From the NCBI GenBank assembly GCA_040773245.1, contig JAXGWO010000001.1, positions 6,498 through 70,497 of the forward strand: a stretch of DNA of 64,000 nt, written 5' to 3'. The DNA comes from PVC group bacterium. Lineage in GTDB: Bacteria; Auribacterota; Erginobacteria; Erginobacterales; Erginobacteraceae. Of the stretch, positions 40,417 to 49,482 are shown piece after piece; position 1 is the first letter of the stretch, and each line of letters starts with the position of its first letter. The notes beneath the pieces were generated by a model, which saw only the letters and a program-made list of their open reading frames with translations, searched no databases and had not been told where the DNA came from. The position numbers were made by a program, and so were the translations under genes.

Positions 40417-41334
40417 TCATCCCCGGGACGTCCCCGACGGATCCGGGACCGGACCGGGCGTCTCCACTTTCGGGCGGGCGAGGGCCCGGATGAAGGAAAC
40501 CGCGCCCTGGAGGAAGAAGATCCCGGCCACCCAGTAGTAAAACAGCCGGGGGCGGGTCAGGATCAGAACCCCGACGACGATATAGGCCAGCCCGGTGACC
40601 AGGAAACTGATTCTTTCGGCGGCTTTCATCTGCATAAACTCCTTTTGAAATAATCTTGCCAGGTAACCGACCCCCCGGACGAAGAATATGATCGCCGCCC
40701 AGTAGCGGATCATCTCCGGGCGGAAGTATACCAGGCCGGCCATCAAAACGTAGAGCACCCCGGTATAGAGGAGACCGGCCTTCTCCGTGCTTCCGGTCTT
40801 CCTGCTGATCGCGTCCGCCAGCCGGAGGAAGTTGTTCCGTCTCAGCAATGAACCGGTGAAGGCGGACTGCGGGTCGGAGGCGGCCAGGTTCTTCCTCATT
40901 GAGACCCAGAAGTTATGGAAGAAGATGATGTTGAGGAAGACGGCGGCCAGGAAGAGGCTCAGGTAGTAGGTGAGCCGGCTGTAATAATCCCCCCAGGTCA
41001 GCAGCAGCCCGATCTCGTCGAAGAAGAGGCCCAGCCCGGCGCCGTACATCACCGCCAGGTGCCGGCGGGAGAGCCGCTCGCTGCCGGCCAGCGCCCACCA
41101 GCCGGCCAGGCCGATCAGGAGGATCCCGATGTAGAAGTGGTGGATGTGGTAACCGAAGAGGATGATGTTGCTCCCGAGGTGGAACCTGACCCCGGGGAGT
41201 TCGCCCATCTCGGCGGCCCGGGCGAACTCGGTGTCGGCCGCCCCGGCCAGGAAGACGCTGAGCCGGATGTATACCAACGCCGCCAGGAAGGAGAGGGCGA
41301 CGAGGAAGGGGATCTCTTTTTCCTTCCGGATCAT
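40417..41334 (-). CDS. Hypothetical polytopic membrane protein
   Basis: It has about 8 predicted TM helices. Its start overlaps the stop of the upstream PAS histidine kinase by 4 nt. Confidence 0.45.
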   Translation of the reverse strand: MIRKEKEIPFLVALSFLAALVYIRLSVFLAGAADTEFARAAEMGELPGVRFHLGSNIILFGYHIHHFYIGILLIGLAGWWALAGSERLSRRHLAVMYGAGLGLFFDEIGLLLTWGDYYSRLTYYLSLFLAAVFLNIIFFHNFWVSMRKNLAASDPQSAFTGSLLRRNNFLRLADAISRKTGSTEKAGLLYTGVLYVLMAGLVYFRPEMIRYWAAIIFFVRGVGYLARLFQKEFMQMKAAERISFLVTGLAYIVVGVLILTRPRLFYYWVAGIFFLQGAVSFIRALARPKVETPGPVPDPSGTSRG

Positions 41335-42467
41335 ACTGACGGCTGCCCGGCCAGGGGGCAGGTGAAGCGGAAGACGGTCCCCGCCTCGGCGGAGGTGGTG
41401 AAATCGACTTTCCCCTTGAGGATCTCCTCCCCGAAGAGCTTCATCGAGTAGGTGCCGAAACCCCGCCCGGGTCCATCCTTGGTGCTGAAACTCCGCTGGA
41501 ACATACGCAACACCGCATCCGGGGGGATCTCACCGGCGTTCCAGACCAGGAAGGAGAGGCGGCGATCACGGATCTCCGTCCAGATCCTGATCTTTCCCCC
41601 CGGCCCGGTGGCCTCCAGGGCGTTGATGACCATATTTCCCAGCACTCTCAGGAGGAGGGCGGGATCGGTTTCGATCCAGGCCTCCCGGCCGAGCGCGCCG
41701 GTAACTATCTCGCGGTCCCGGGCCGCGGCGTGATTGGCGAAGAGGGCGGCGAGCTCTTTCAGGACCGAACCGGCCGGGATCCGCCGCCAGTCCGGACGAT
41801 AGGAGAAATCGCCGCTACCTACCAGCTGCCGCTGGATCGCCACCTCGCCCGTCAGGCGGGTGACGGCCTGCCGCACCATCCCGGCCAATTCCGAGGGATC
41901 CTCCTCCGCCAGCATCTCGCTCGCCCCCTTAAGGACGTTGAGCAGATTGTTGACGTCGTGGAAGAACGACCTTTCCAGGGCGGCCCACCGTTCCCGGCGG
42001 GTAATGTCCTCGAGGAAGAGGAGGCCGTACCTTCCCCCCTCCAGGGTGAGCGGGCAGGACCGGACGGAGAACGCCAGGTCCACGTGCCCGCCGTTCCGGC
42101 GGGCGCGGAGGGCGCAGATCTTCTCCGCCGGCACCCCCTCCTCCAGGCAGGCGACCAGCGCGGCCGCCGCCCCGCAGGAGGGGCAGTACTTCGTGGTGCC
42201 GCAGCCGGCCGGGCCCTCGCCGGCGTGGACGCACTTCAGGGCCTCCCCCGGCCGCATCCCCAGGAGCCGTTGCGGATCATCAAGGCCGAGCATCTTCAGG
42301 AAGGCGTCGTTGAGGGCGACGACCTGGCGCTGGCGATTCACCACGGCCAGGACCATCCCCACCGAGTGAAGCAGGGCGGAGACCAGTCCGCTGGAGGCGA
42401 CCAGATCCAGCTGGCGGGCCAGCTCCTTCTCCCCGGTTCTCCCCGGGGGGGCAAAGAAGGTTTCCAT
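41331..42467 (-). CDS. Sensor histidine kinase (PAS-like sensor, HisKA + HATPase_c)
   Basis: A Cys-rich PAS-like region is present. The H-box reads FFHDVNNLLNVL. The N box is NMVINALEA, and the G-box region is GRGFGTYSMKLFGEEILKG. Confidence 0.75.
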   Translation of the reverse strand: METFFAPPGRTGEKELARQLDLVASSGLVSALLHSVGMVLAVVNRQRQVVALNDAFLKMLGLDDPQRLLGMRPGEALKCVHAGEGPAGCGTTKYCPSCGAAAALVACLEEGVPAEKICALRARRNGGHVDLAFSVRSCPLTLEGGRYGLLFLEDITRRERWAALERSFFHDVNNLLNVLKGASEMLAEEDPSELAGMVRQAVTRLTGEVAIQRQLVGSGDFSYRPDWRRIPAGSVLKELAALFANHAAARDREIVTGALGREAWIETDPALLLRVLGNMVINALEATGPGGKIRIWTEIRDRRLSFLVWNAGEIPPDAVLRMFQRSFSTKDGPGRGFGTYSMKLFGEEILKGKVDFTTSAEAGTVFRFTCPLAGQPSV

Positions 42468-42519
42468 AACCGTCGCCCCGGCACCTCCGGCCCGGATGGA
42501 CCCGCTGTCCGGGCGGCGC

Positions 42520-42987
42520 CTACTCCTCGGGGTTGAAGAGGGCGGCGAGGCCGAGCAGGCGGTGGGTCATCGTCACGTGCTCGAACTCGTCGCGGATGAT
42601 GTTCTGCAGCCCCCGGGCCCATTCGTCGAACCCCCGGATCTTCAGGTACTTCTGGAAGAGTTCCAGGTGCTCGATGAGCATCTTCGACTCGGTCTTGAAG
42701 AGCCCCCCGAACTGGGGGAGGAACCTCATCCGGTCGGGGGAGAGCGAGCGGCTTCCCTTGGTCCCTTCCGCCTGCCTGATCATCTCCTCGAGGAACTTCG
42801 AGTGCTTCTCGGTGTCCTCGAGGATCTTGTCCTGGAGCCGCCGGACCTCCTCCGCCTCGGCGGGGGTGAGCTTCTTCATCGCCTCCCCGTCCGGTTTGGT
42901 GGCGCCGTACATAAAGACGGCGTCGTCCTCGCCCTTCAGCGCGTGGCGCACTTTCTGGAAGAGTTCTCTCTCGCCGATATTGTCCAT
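42520..42987 (-). CDS. Hypothetical ferritin-like/helical protein
   Basis: It contains helical motifs with conserved Glu/His (EExxHxKF, DEFEHVTMTH). An RBS aggagg precedes it. Confidence 0.35.
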   Translation of the reverse strand: MDNIGERELFQKVRHALKGEDDAVFMYGATKPDGEAMKKLTPAEAEEVRRLQDKILEDTEKHSKFLEEMIRQAEGTKGSRSLSPDRMRFLPQFGGLFKTESKMLIEHLELFQKYLKIRGFDEWARGLQNIIRDEFEHVTMTHRLLGLAALFNPEE

Positions 42988-43048
42988 CTCCGACCTCCTT
43001 GCTGGTCCGCTGATTTGAGATCGCTTCGCCCCCCGCTCCGCTCGGGGT

Positions 43049-44248
43049 TCAGCCGGCCCGGTGGCTCCCCTCCCTCAGGATCCGCTCGACCAGGCGGGCG
43101 GGGTCGCGGAAGCGGCAGAGCAGGATCATCGCCGCGATGATGTAGGCCTTGTAACCGGCCTCCCGGTAGGTGTCGATCCGGTACCGGTCGAAGACCCCCA
43201 TCGTCACCTCGCCCTCCTGGCAGTTCAGCCCCTGGACGTCGGCGGGGAGACAGTGGAGGTAGAGGGCGGAGCCGTCCCTGGTCTTCGCCATCAGGTCCTC
43301 ATCGCAGAGCCAGTCCTTGTGGCGGGCGTTCCCGGCCAGGGCCTCCTTCTCCAGGTCCTTGAGCCCGGCGGAGTCGCCGGTTTTGAGGAGCTCGGTCCGC
43401 CGCCCGGCCACGGCCAGGGTGGTCCAGCTCTTCGGGTAGACAACGTCGGCGGCCCGGAAGGCCGCCTCCATATCGTCGGTGACGGTGAAGGAACCTCCGA
43501 ACTTCCCCGCGTTCTCCCCGGCCAGCCGGACCACGTCATCGACCAGCTCGTACCCGGGGGGGTGGGCCAGGGTGATCTCCATCCCGTAGCGGCTCATCAG
43601 GGCGATGATCCCCTGAGGGACGGAGAGGGGCTTGCCGTAGCTGGGGGAGTAGGCCCAGCTCATCGCCAGTTTCTTGCCCCGGAGGTTCTCCAGGCCGCCG
43701 AAGTGGGACCGGAGGTGGTAAAGATCGGCCATTGTCTGGGTGGGGTGGTCGAGGTCGCACTGGAGGTTGATCACCGCCGGCCGGTGGTTGAGAACCCCTT
43801 CCCGGAACCCGCCGGTCAGCGCGTCGGCCACCTCGGTCATAAACCGGTGCCCCCGGCCGAGGAAGAGGTCGTCGCGGATCCCGATCACCTCGCTCAAGAA
43901 AGAGATCATATTCGCGGTCTCCCGGACGGTCTCCCCGTGGGAGATCTGGGACTTCTCCTCCTCCATCTCCTGGACCGTCAGCCCGATCAGGTCGCAGGCC
44001 GAAGCATAGGCCAGCCGGGTCCGGGTGGACTTGTCCCGGAAGAAGGAGACGGCCAGGCCGGTCTGGAAGACGCGGCAGGAGATGTTGGAGCGGTAGAGGG
44101 CGCGGAGCAGCTCGGCCAGGGTGAGGACGGCTTCCAGTTCCTGGTCGGTCTTGTGCCAGGTGAGCAGGAAGTCGCGGCGGAACATCGCCTGGTCGAGACG
44201 GCGGAGGTGATCGAGGCTGCTGGGAATATCCGTGATAGTATCGTTCAT
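43049..44248 (-). CDS. ygeW: YgeW-like (knotted) carbamoyltransferase of the ATCase/OTCase superfamily
   Basis: The carbamoyl-phosphate-binding STRTR motif and the HCLP motif are both present. The length of about 399 aa fits the long YgeW subfamily and not the 310-aa ATC/OTC enzymes. It lies next to an M20 YgeY-like gene. Confidence 0.7.
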   Translation of the reverse strand: MNDTITDIPSSLDHLRRLDQAMFRRDFLLTWHKTDQELEAVLTLAELLRALYRSNISCRVFQTGLAVSFFRDKSTRTRLAYASACDLIGLTVQEMEEEKSQISHGETVRETANMISFLSEVIGIRDDLFLGRGHRFMTEVADALTGGFREGVLNHRPAVINLQCDLDHPTQTMADLYHLRSHFGGLENLRGKKLAMSWAYSPSYGKPLSVPQGIIALMSRYGMEITLAHPPGYELVDDVVRLAGENAGKFGGSFTVTDDMEAAFRAADVVYPKSWTTLAVAGRRTELLKTGDSAGLKDLEKEALAGNARHKDWLCDEDLMAKTRDGSALYLHCLPADVQGLNCQEGEVTMGVFDRYRIDTYREAGYKAYIIAAMILLCRFRDPARLVERILREGSHRAG

Positions 44249-44285
44249 CTCTATCCTCTTCTTTTGCTGCCGGGCGGCCCGGCGG

Positions 44286-45494
44286 TTACCGTCTTGTTCC
44301 TGAACGGAGGAAGAACCCGGGAAAGAGGGCGTACCAGACCGCCGCCTTGACCAGGTGGTCGGCCGGCACCTGTTCGTCCACCTGGTGGGCGTAGATCTCG
44401 TTGCCCGGGCCGAAACCGATGGTGGGAATCCGGAACAGCCCCATCGTCGCCACGCCGTTGGTGGAGAAGGTCCACTTGTCGACCTTCGGCGGCGATCCGA
44501 AGGCCGCGCGGTAGGCCTCCCTTCCGGCCTTGAGCAGCGGGTGGGAGCGGGGAAGCGCCCAGGCCGGGTAGTAGCAGTCGGTCCTGTAGCGGAGCCCCCG
44601 CCATCCCGGAAGGTCGTAGGTGTTGACGAAAACCCTGGCCTTCACCTTGGCCCGCTTCGCGGCCGCCCTCACCTCGGCCAGGGCGGAGGCTTTCGTCTCC
44701 CCGGCGGTCAGGCGGCGGTCGAGATGGATGGCGCAGCCGTCGGGGACCGCGCAGAGCGAGGGGGTGCGGCAGTCGATGTGGGTCACCGCCACCGTCCCCC
44801 GGCCGAGGAAGGGGTCGCTCTTCAGCCGGGGGCCGAGCTGCTCGATCTCGGAGACCACCCGGCTCATCAGGTAAACGGCGTTCCTGCCCCGGTGCGGGGC
44901 CGAACCGTGGGCGGACCGGCCCGCCACGTGGACCTTGATCTCCATCCTCCCCCGCTGGCCGATGTAAAGGTTGAGGTTGGTCGGCTCGGTGATGACCACG
45001 CAGTCCGGCCGGAACCCCTCCTCCCGGACCAGGTACTGCCAGCAGAGGCCGTCGGCGTCCTCCTCCTGGACGGAGCCGACAACCCAGAGGCTGAAGTCGT
45101 CAAGAAGGCCGCACTCCTTGATCATCTTCCCGGCGTAGACCATCGAGGCCATCCCGGCCCGCTGGTCGACGGCCCCCCGGCCGTAGATGATCCCCTTCGC
45201 GCACCTCCCGCGGTAGGGGTCCCACTTCCACTGGTCGGGGCTGCCCACCCCGACGGTGTCGACGTGGGCGTCCATCGCCACCACCGTCTTCCCCCGGCCG
45301 ATCCGGCCCCGGATGTTGCCCATCCTATCGATGATGATCTCGTCGAACCCGGCCGCGGCCATCTCCCGCTTGATCCGCCTGATCACCGCCTCCTCCCGCC
45401 GGCTCTCGCCGGGGATGGCGATCATATCCCTCAGGAAGGCGACCATATCCTTCCGATGGCTTCGGGCGGCCCGCCATATCTTGGACGCAGTCAT
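44286..45494 (-). CDS. ygeY: M20-family peptidase/deacylase (YgeY-like)
   Basis: M20 metal-binding motifs are present: AMDAHVDTV, GRGAVDQRAG and VVGSVQEE(D). The start was refined to MTASKIWRA, which has an RBS ggaggagg. Confidence 0.7.
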   Translation of the reverse strand: MTASKIWRAARSHRKDMVAFLRDMIAIPGESRREEAVIRRIKREMAAAGFDEIIIDRMGNIRGRIGRGKTVVAMDAHVDTVGVGSPDQWKWDPYRGRCAKGIIYGRGAVDQRAGMASMVYAGKMIKECGLLDDFSLWVVGSVQEEDADGLCWQYLVREEGFRPDCVVITEPTNLNLYIGQRGRMEIKVHVAGRSAHGSAPHRGRNAVYLMSRVVSEIEQLGPRLKSDPFLGRGTVAVTHIDCRTPSLCAVPDGCAIHLDRRLTAGETKASALAEVRAAAKRAKVKARVFVNTYDLPGWRGLRYRTDCYYPAWALPRSHPLLKAGREAYRAAFGSPPKVDKWTFSTNGVATMGLFRIPTIGFGPGNEIYAHQVDEQVPADHLVKAAVWYALFPGFFLRSGTRR

Positions 45495-45679
45495 TTCCGT
45501 CTCCTCCTCCAGGTAAAAGAGATTCTCTAACCGGGCGTTCAGAACCCGCAGTATGAAGAAAACGCGCCGGAATGGCAAGCGGGAAAGGGGGGGACAACCA
45601 AACCGCCGGCCCCGGGCGCACCAAAAAAAGGGGTCCCGGCTCTCCGTAAAGAGCCGGGGCCCCGCGGTCCAGACCGGTC

Positions 45680-45886
45680 TTACGACCGCGAACGGATCAC
45701 GTTGATGGCTTGCTCGCCCTTCTTGCCGGGGGCAACCTCGAACTCCACGGCCTCACCCTCGGAGAGAGTCTTGAACCCATCTCCCTGGATAGCGCTGTGG
45801 TGAACGAAGACATCTTCGCCCCCATCGATGGCGATAAATCCGTAACCCTTCCGTTCGTTGAACCATTTCACCGTTCCGGTGGCCAT
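45680..45886 (-). CDS. cspA: Cold-shock protein (CspA family)
   Basis: It has the canonical RNP motifs: [34 protein letters not shown]...[15 protein letters not shown]. The start was refined to MATG. Confidence 0.9.
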   Translation of the reverse strand: MATGTVKWFNERKGYGFIAIDGGEDVFVHHSAIQGDGFKTLSEGEAVEFEVAPGKKGEQAINVIRSRS

Positions 45887-45974
45887 TTCTCTCATCTCCT
45901 TCTACTGCTTCCGTGACACGGGGAGCGGGACGGAAGACCGTCTCCCGTCCGTTGACACCTCCCCTCCCCGGCTC

Positions 45975-46018
45975 CAAAAAACGGCCGCGCAGGCTGTAGT
46001 AAAGCGCGCGCGGCCGTT
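45975..46018 (-). terminator. Rho-independent terminator (minus strand) between the UPF0145 gene and cspA
   Basis: Top-strand sequence aaaaaaCGGCCGCGCaggctgtagtaaaGCGCGCGGCCGtt. Read on the minus strand it forms a GC stem followed by a T run. Confidence 0.45.
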
Positions 46019-46121
46019 AAGGAAATCATTCCCGTGGACACCAGGGCTTACTCGGGGACCACTCTACTCCTTCCCCTCCCCTGGTCAAGAAGAATTTTGA
46101 CCGAATTTTGACCGCGGGCGG

Positions 46122-46547
46122 TCAGTCCAGCTTGACCGCAGTCCCGTACGCGCAGACCTCGACCAGCCGGGGGGAGATCACGGAGACATCGAAGATGACC
46201 TTGATTACCGCGTCCGCGCCCCGTTCCTGACCGTGGGCGATCATCCGGGAGAGGGCGGTGTCCCTCAGGCGGGTAAGGAGGCAGGAATAGTCCTCCAGTT
46301 CGTTGGGGGGAACGGCCTTCTTCTCCTGTTCCTCGCCCTGCTGGCGCATCTCCCCCGGCGGCACCAGGCCGACCTCTTCCCCGGTGATGATCCTCGGGGC
46401 GAGGGAAACGGCGGAAAGCATCGCCTCCTTGAGCCCCTGCAGGAATGACTCGCTGACCGGCTTCGAACCGACCACGTTGCCCCGGACGATCCCGAGGATC
46501 CGGCTGATTCTTCTTCCAGGCACGGTCTCGATGTTGGTGATGATCAT
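46122..46547 (-). CDS. UPF0145/YbjQ-family protein (heavy-metal-binding-like domain) with an internal insert
   Basis: The N-terminus MIITNIETVPGRRISRILGIVRGNVV and the C-terminus GADAVIKV...AYGTAVKL match the YbjQ fold pattern. An RBS aaggagg precedes it. Confidence 0.5.
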   Translation of the reverse strand: MIITNIETVPGRRISRILGIVRGNVVGSKPVSESFLQGLKEAMLSAVSLAPRIITGEEVGLVPPGEMRQQGEEQEKKAVPPNELEDYSCLLTRLRDTALSRMIAHGQERGADAVIKVIFDVSVISPRLVEVCAYGTAVKLD

Positions 46548-46708
46548 CTTTTTCCTCCTTAACCCGGCCTGTCAAACCAGGTTGTCAAAATTCAGATTGC
46601 CCGCGGATCAATAAGAAAAAGCACCAGTTCAAGCACCTAACAGTGCGATGGTCAAAACCCGGCGATTTCCCTCTCTCCAAGCCCTTACCCGGCGACCGCC
46701 GTCAGCGT

Positions 46709-47740
46709 TTACTTCAGCGTGGAGAGATGGCCGGCCAGACGGATCTTCCTGGCGTCGGTGACCAGGATCGCCCGGCGGGTCCCCGCCGCGGGGGTGGCAA
46801 GATCGACCATCGTCCCCCTCAGGCTGACCCGGTCGCCCCGCCAGAGCTCGCCCCGCAGGGCCCCGTGGTAGACGACCAGCTCCCGGTCGGCCTCCGGCTT
46901 TCCGTCGGCGCGCTTGATCCCGGTCAGGCGGACCAGGGCCGGGAGGTAGAGGTTGTGGATGTCGTCGTCCACCGTCCCTTCCAGGTCCACCTCCTCCTCG
47001 ACCGCCTCCATCTCGAAATCCAGCAGGGGGATTTGGGCGGGATCGGAGTAACGGAAGAAGGGGCAGATCAGGGTGCCGGCGAAGTGGAACCGGATCGGCC
47101 ACTCCTTGCCCAGCTCCACCACCCGTCCTTCCGGATGATCGGCCAGGTAATTCCGAATTCGGCCGGCGACGGCGGCGTTCTCCTCCGGGGACCCGATGAA
47201 GACCAGGTCGACATCGTCCTCGACCAGGCCGTAGGAGAGGGATCCGGTCGCGCCGGTCCGGTCCGGGTCCCAGTCGAGCAGCCGGCAGGTCTTCCGGACG
47301 GCGTCGTCGATCCAGGGATATCCCCCGCGGAGCACCCGCATCGAATGAACGGCGTCGAAGAGACCGCGGCAGCCGGAGAGCGGAAAGCGGACGAGGTGGC
47401 GGGCGTAGATCGGTTTCTCCCCCTGGGACGAACGGAGCTCTGGCGCGACCCGGAACTGGTTCTCCAGCTGCCGGTCGTCGGGGATCATCCTCAGCTCGCC
47501 ATCGACGTACTCCCGGTGGGTCCAGCCGTATCTTCTCCCGAAGAGATCGATGTGCCCGCCGGGGAGCGGATACTTGATGATCATCCCCCAGAAGGCTCCG
47601 GGCGGGTGGGCGTAGCCCTCGGCGAAGACGAAACTTCCGTCCTTCCGGAGAAAATAGGTGCTGTCCATCACCGGCCCCGAAAATTCCGAGAGCGGGACCA
47701 GGAACTTTTTGATCACTTCATCAAATCTATCCCGGGTCAT
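46709..47740 (-). CDS. Uncharacterized protein, paralog 1 of a four-member family carrying a mid-protein Pol-beta-superfamily nucleotidyltransferase signature
   Basis: It has GATGSLSYGLVEDDVDLVFIG, which fits the NTase signature G[GS]-x8-10-D-h-D-h. Family-specific motifs are also present: TYFLRKDGSFVFAEGYAHPP, WPIRF, ICPFFRY and VVYHGALRGELWRGDRV. Confidence 0.5.
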   Translation of the reverse strand: MTRDRFDEVIKKFLVPLSEFSGPVMDSTYFLRKDGSFVFAEGYAHPPGAFWGMIIKYPLPGGHIDLFGRRYGWTHREYVDGELRMIPDDRQLENQFRVAPELRSSQGEKPIYARHLVRFPLSGCRGLFDAVHSMRVLRGGYPWIDDAVRKTCRLLDWDPDRTGATGSLSYGLVEDDVDLVFIGSPEENAAVAGRIRNYLADHPEGRVVELGKEWPIRFHFAGTLICPFFRYSDPAQIPLLDFEMEAVEEEVDLEGTVDDDIHNLYLPALVRLTGIKRADGKPEADRELVVYHGALRGELWRGDRVSLRGTMVDLATPAAGTRRAILVTDARKIRLAGHLSTLK

Positions 47741-47837
47741 AACCTGTCCCTTCCTGATGTCAGACGGTCAACCAAAGATGAAGGCATCATAGCTCGCCGG
47801 GGGGCGCGGTTCAAGATTTAATAATCACCGATCGCCC

Positions 47838-49373
47838 TTGCCAGAACCGGCGGAATGGGCCAGAATGCCCGCTGCGGATATGAAACCGGGTCCCCAGTTA
47901 GTTGCCCTGCTGCTCGCCCTGGCCGCCGTTCCGGGCGGGGAAGGGGAGCCGCTTCCCCGCCCGGAGATAGCCCCGGGATCGGTGGTCCGGCTCAGCCAGT
48001 CCGACCCCGCCGGTTACGTCAGGACAGGGAACGACGCCCGCGGCCCCGGGCTTCTCCTCACCTTCCCCCCGGTCGAGATGACCGTTACCTCCGACCCGGC
48101 GGTCCGGCTGGCGGGGGCGACGGAGGCGGGGGCCCGGGTCCTGATCAACGGGAAGCCGGTCAAGGTCTATCACGCCGGTTCCTTCGTCGCCCTGGTTCCC
48201 CTCGCCGGCGGGGAGAACTCGATCATCGTGACCGCCGCCGGCGGGAAGGGAGAGACCGTCTGTCCCCTGGCCATCCGCCGGGAGAAGACCGCCCCCGCCG
48301 GGAAGGAGCGGACCGAATTCCACCTCCCCCTTCCCGGCCGGATCGCGGCCGGGCCGGAGCCGGTACGATCGCTCCCGGCCGGACCGCGGATTCTCACCGC
48401 CCCCCCGGGGGCGGCCCTCCGGATCACCGGGAGGGAGGGGAGCTGGCTGAGGGCCGACCTCGGCGGCGGTATCTCCGGTTGGATCCCCGCCTCCGCCGTG
48501 GAACTGGGGGACGAACCGCCGCCGGAACCGGTCCGGGTGGGCGACGTCAGCTTCAGCGCGGAAAAGTCGGAGGCCTGGTTCTCCCTGGAGGGCCCGGCGC
48601 CCGCCCGGGTCGACTACCTCGGGCCCGAAGAACTGGACCTGGTCTTTCACCACGCCGCTCCGGCCACCGAGACGATCGATCTCGGGGAGTGGGAGGGGAT
48701 CTGCGTGCCGGCCCCCTCCGGGGAGGGGACCGCGGTCTACCGGCTCCGCGGCGGCCTGGACTGTCACCGCTGGTCGCTGGACTGGCTGCCGGGGGGTTAC
48801 CGCCTCCGCTGGCGGGGACGGCCCCGCCGGGAGGAGGGACCGGTCGGCCTCGACCCCGGCCACGGGGGAAGGCAGCGGGGAGCGGTCAGCCCCTCCGGGG
48901 TAACGGAAAAGGACGCCAACCTCGCCCTGGCCCGGGCGGTGGCGGCGGAACTGGCGAAGGCGGGTGTTACGTCGTTCCTGACCCGGGACGGTGACCGGAC
49001 GCTGGGCCTGGAGGAACGCATCGAGGCCGCCCGCTCCAGGGGGGCCGGGGTCTTGGTCTCCCTCCACCACAACTCGGTCGGCGACGCACGCGATCCGCTC
49101 TCCGGATCCGGCTACACCATCTTCTACTACCATCCTCCGGGGAGGGAGCTGGCCGGGTGCATCCACCGCGCCCTGGAAGCGGCCGGCCGGGAGGGCGCCG
49201 GGGTCCGCCGGCGGAGCCTGGCCCTGATCCGGCCCCCCGACCTGGTGACCGCCCTGGTCGAGACCGCCTACCTCTCCCACCCGGAAGACGAGGCGGAGAT
49301 CCTCGATCCCGCCGTCCGGAACGATACCGCCCGGGCCATCGCCCGGGCCATCCTTGACTATCTCGACCGTTGA
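47838..49373 (+). CDS. N-acetylmuramoyl-L-alanine amidase (Amidase_3 catalytic domain at the C-terminus; N-terminal domain unknown)
   Basis: The C-terminal Amidase_3 pattern reads GLDPGHGG...GVTEKDANLALARAVAAELAKAGV...RDGDRTLGLEERIEAARSRGAGVLVSLHHNS. The signal peptide probably starts at MKPGPQ (about 47880). The tracked start is a TTG. Confidence 0.75.
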   Translation: MPEPAEWARMPAADMKPGPQLVALLLALAAVPGGEGEPLPRPEIAPGSVVRLSQSDPAGYVRTGNDARGPGLLLTFPPVEMTVTSDPAVRLAGATEAGARVLINGKPVKVYHAGSFVALVPLAGGENSIIVTAAGGKGETVCPLAIRREKTAPAGKERTEFHLPLPGRIAAGPEPVRSLPAGPRILTAPPGAALRITGREGSWLRADLGGGISGWIPASAVELGDEPPPEPVRVGDVSFSAEKSEAWFSLEGPAPARVDYLGPEELDLVFHHAAPATETIDLGEWEGICVPAPSGEGTAVYRLRGGLDCHRWSLDWLPGGYRLRWRGRPRREEGPVGLDPGHGGRQRGAVSPSGVTEKDANLALARAVAAELAKAGVTSFLTRDGDRTLGLEERIEAARSRGAGVLVSLHHNSVGDARDPLSGSGYTIFYYHPPGRELAGCIHRALEAAGREGAGVRRRSLALIRPPDLVTALVETAYLSHPEDEAEILDPAVRNDTARAIARAILDYLDR

Positions 49374-49482
49374 CAGCCGTCCGTGGGAAGATTATCCTGC
49401 TGGCGGCGTTTTCAAACCGGGTGGCGATTTTCGAAGTACAAGTCTTTCCCAACTAAAATTTTTCCGAAGGAAAAATTTTACA

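Noticed and set aside
45896-46121. A tRNA or other structured ncRNA in the 225-bp gap upstream of cspA
   Set aside because: No cloverleaf or T-loop (GTTCRANYC) motif was found. The region is better explained by a terminator hairpin and a long cold-shock 5' UTR, which is typical for cspA.
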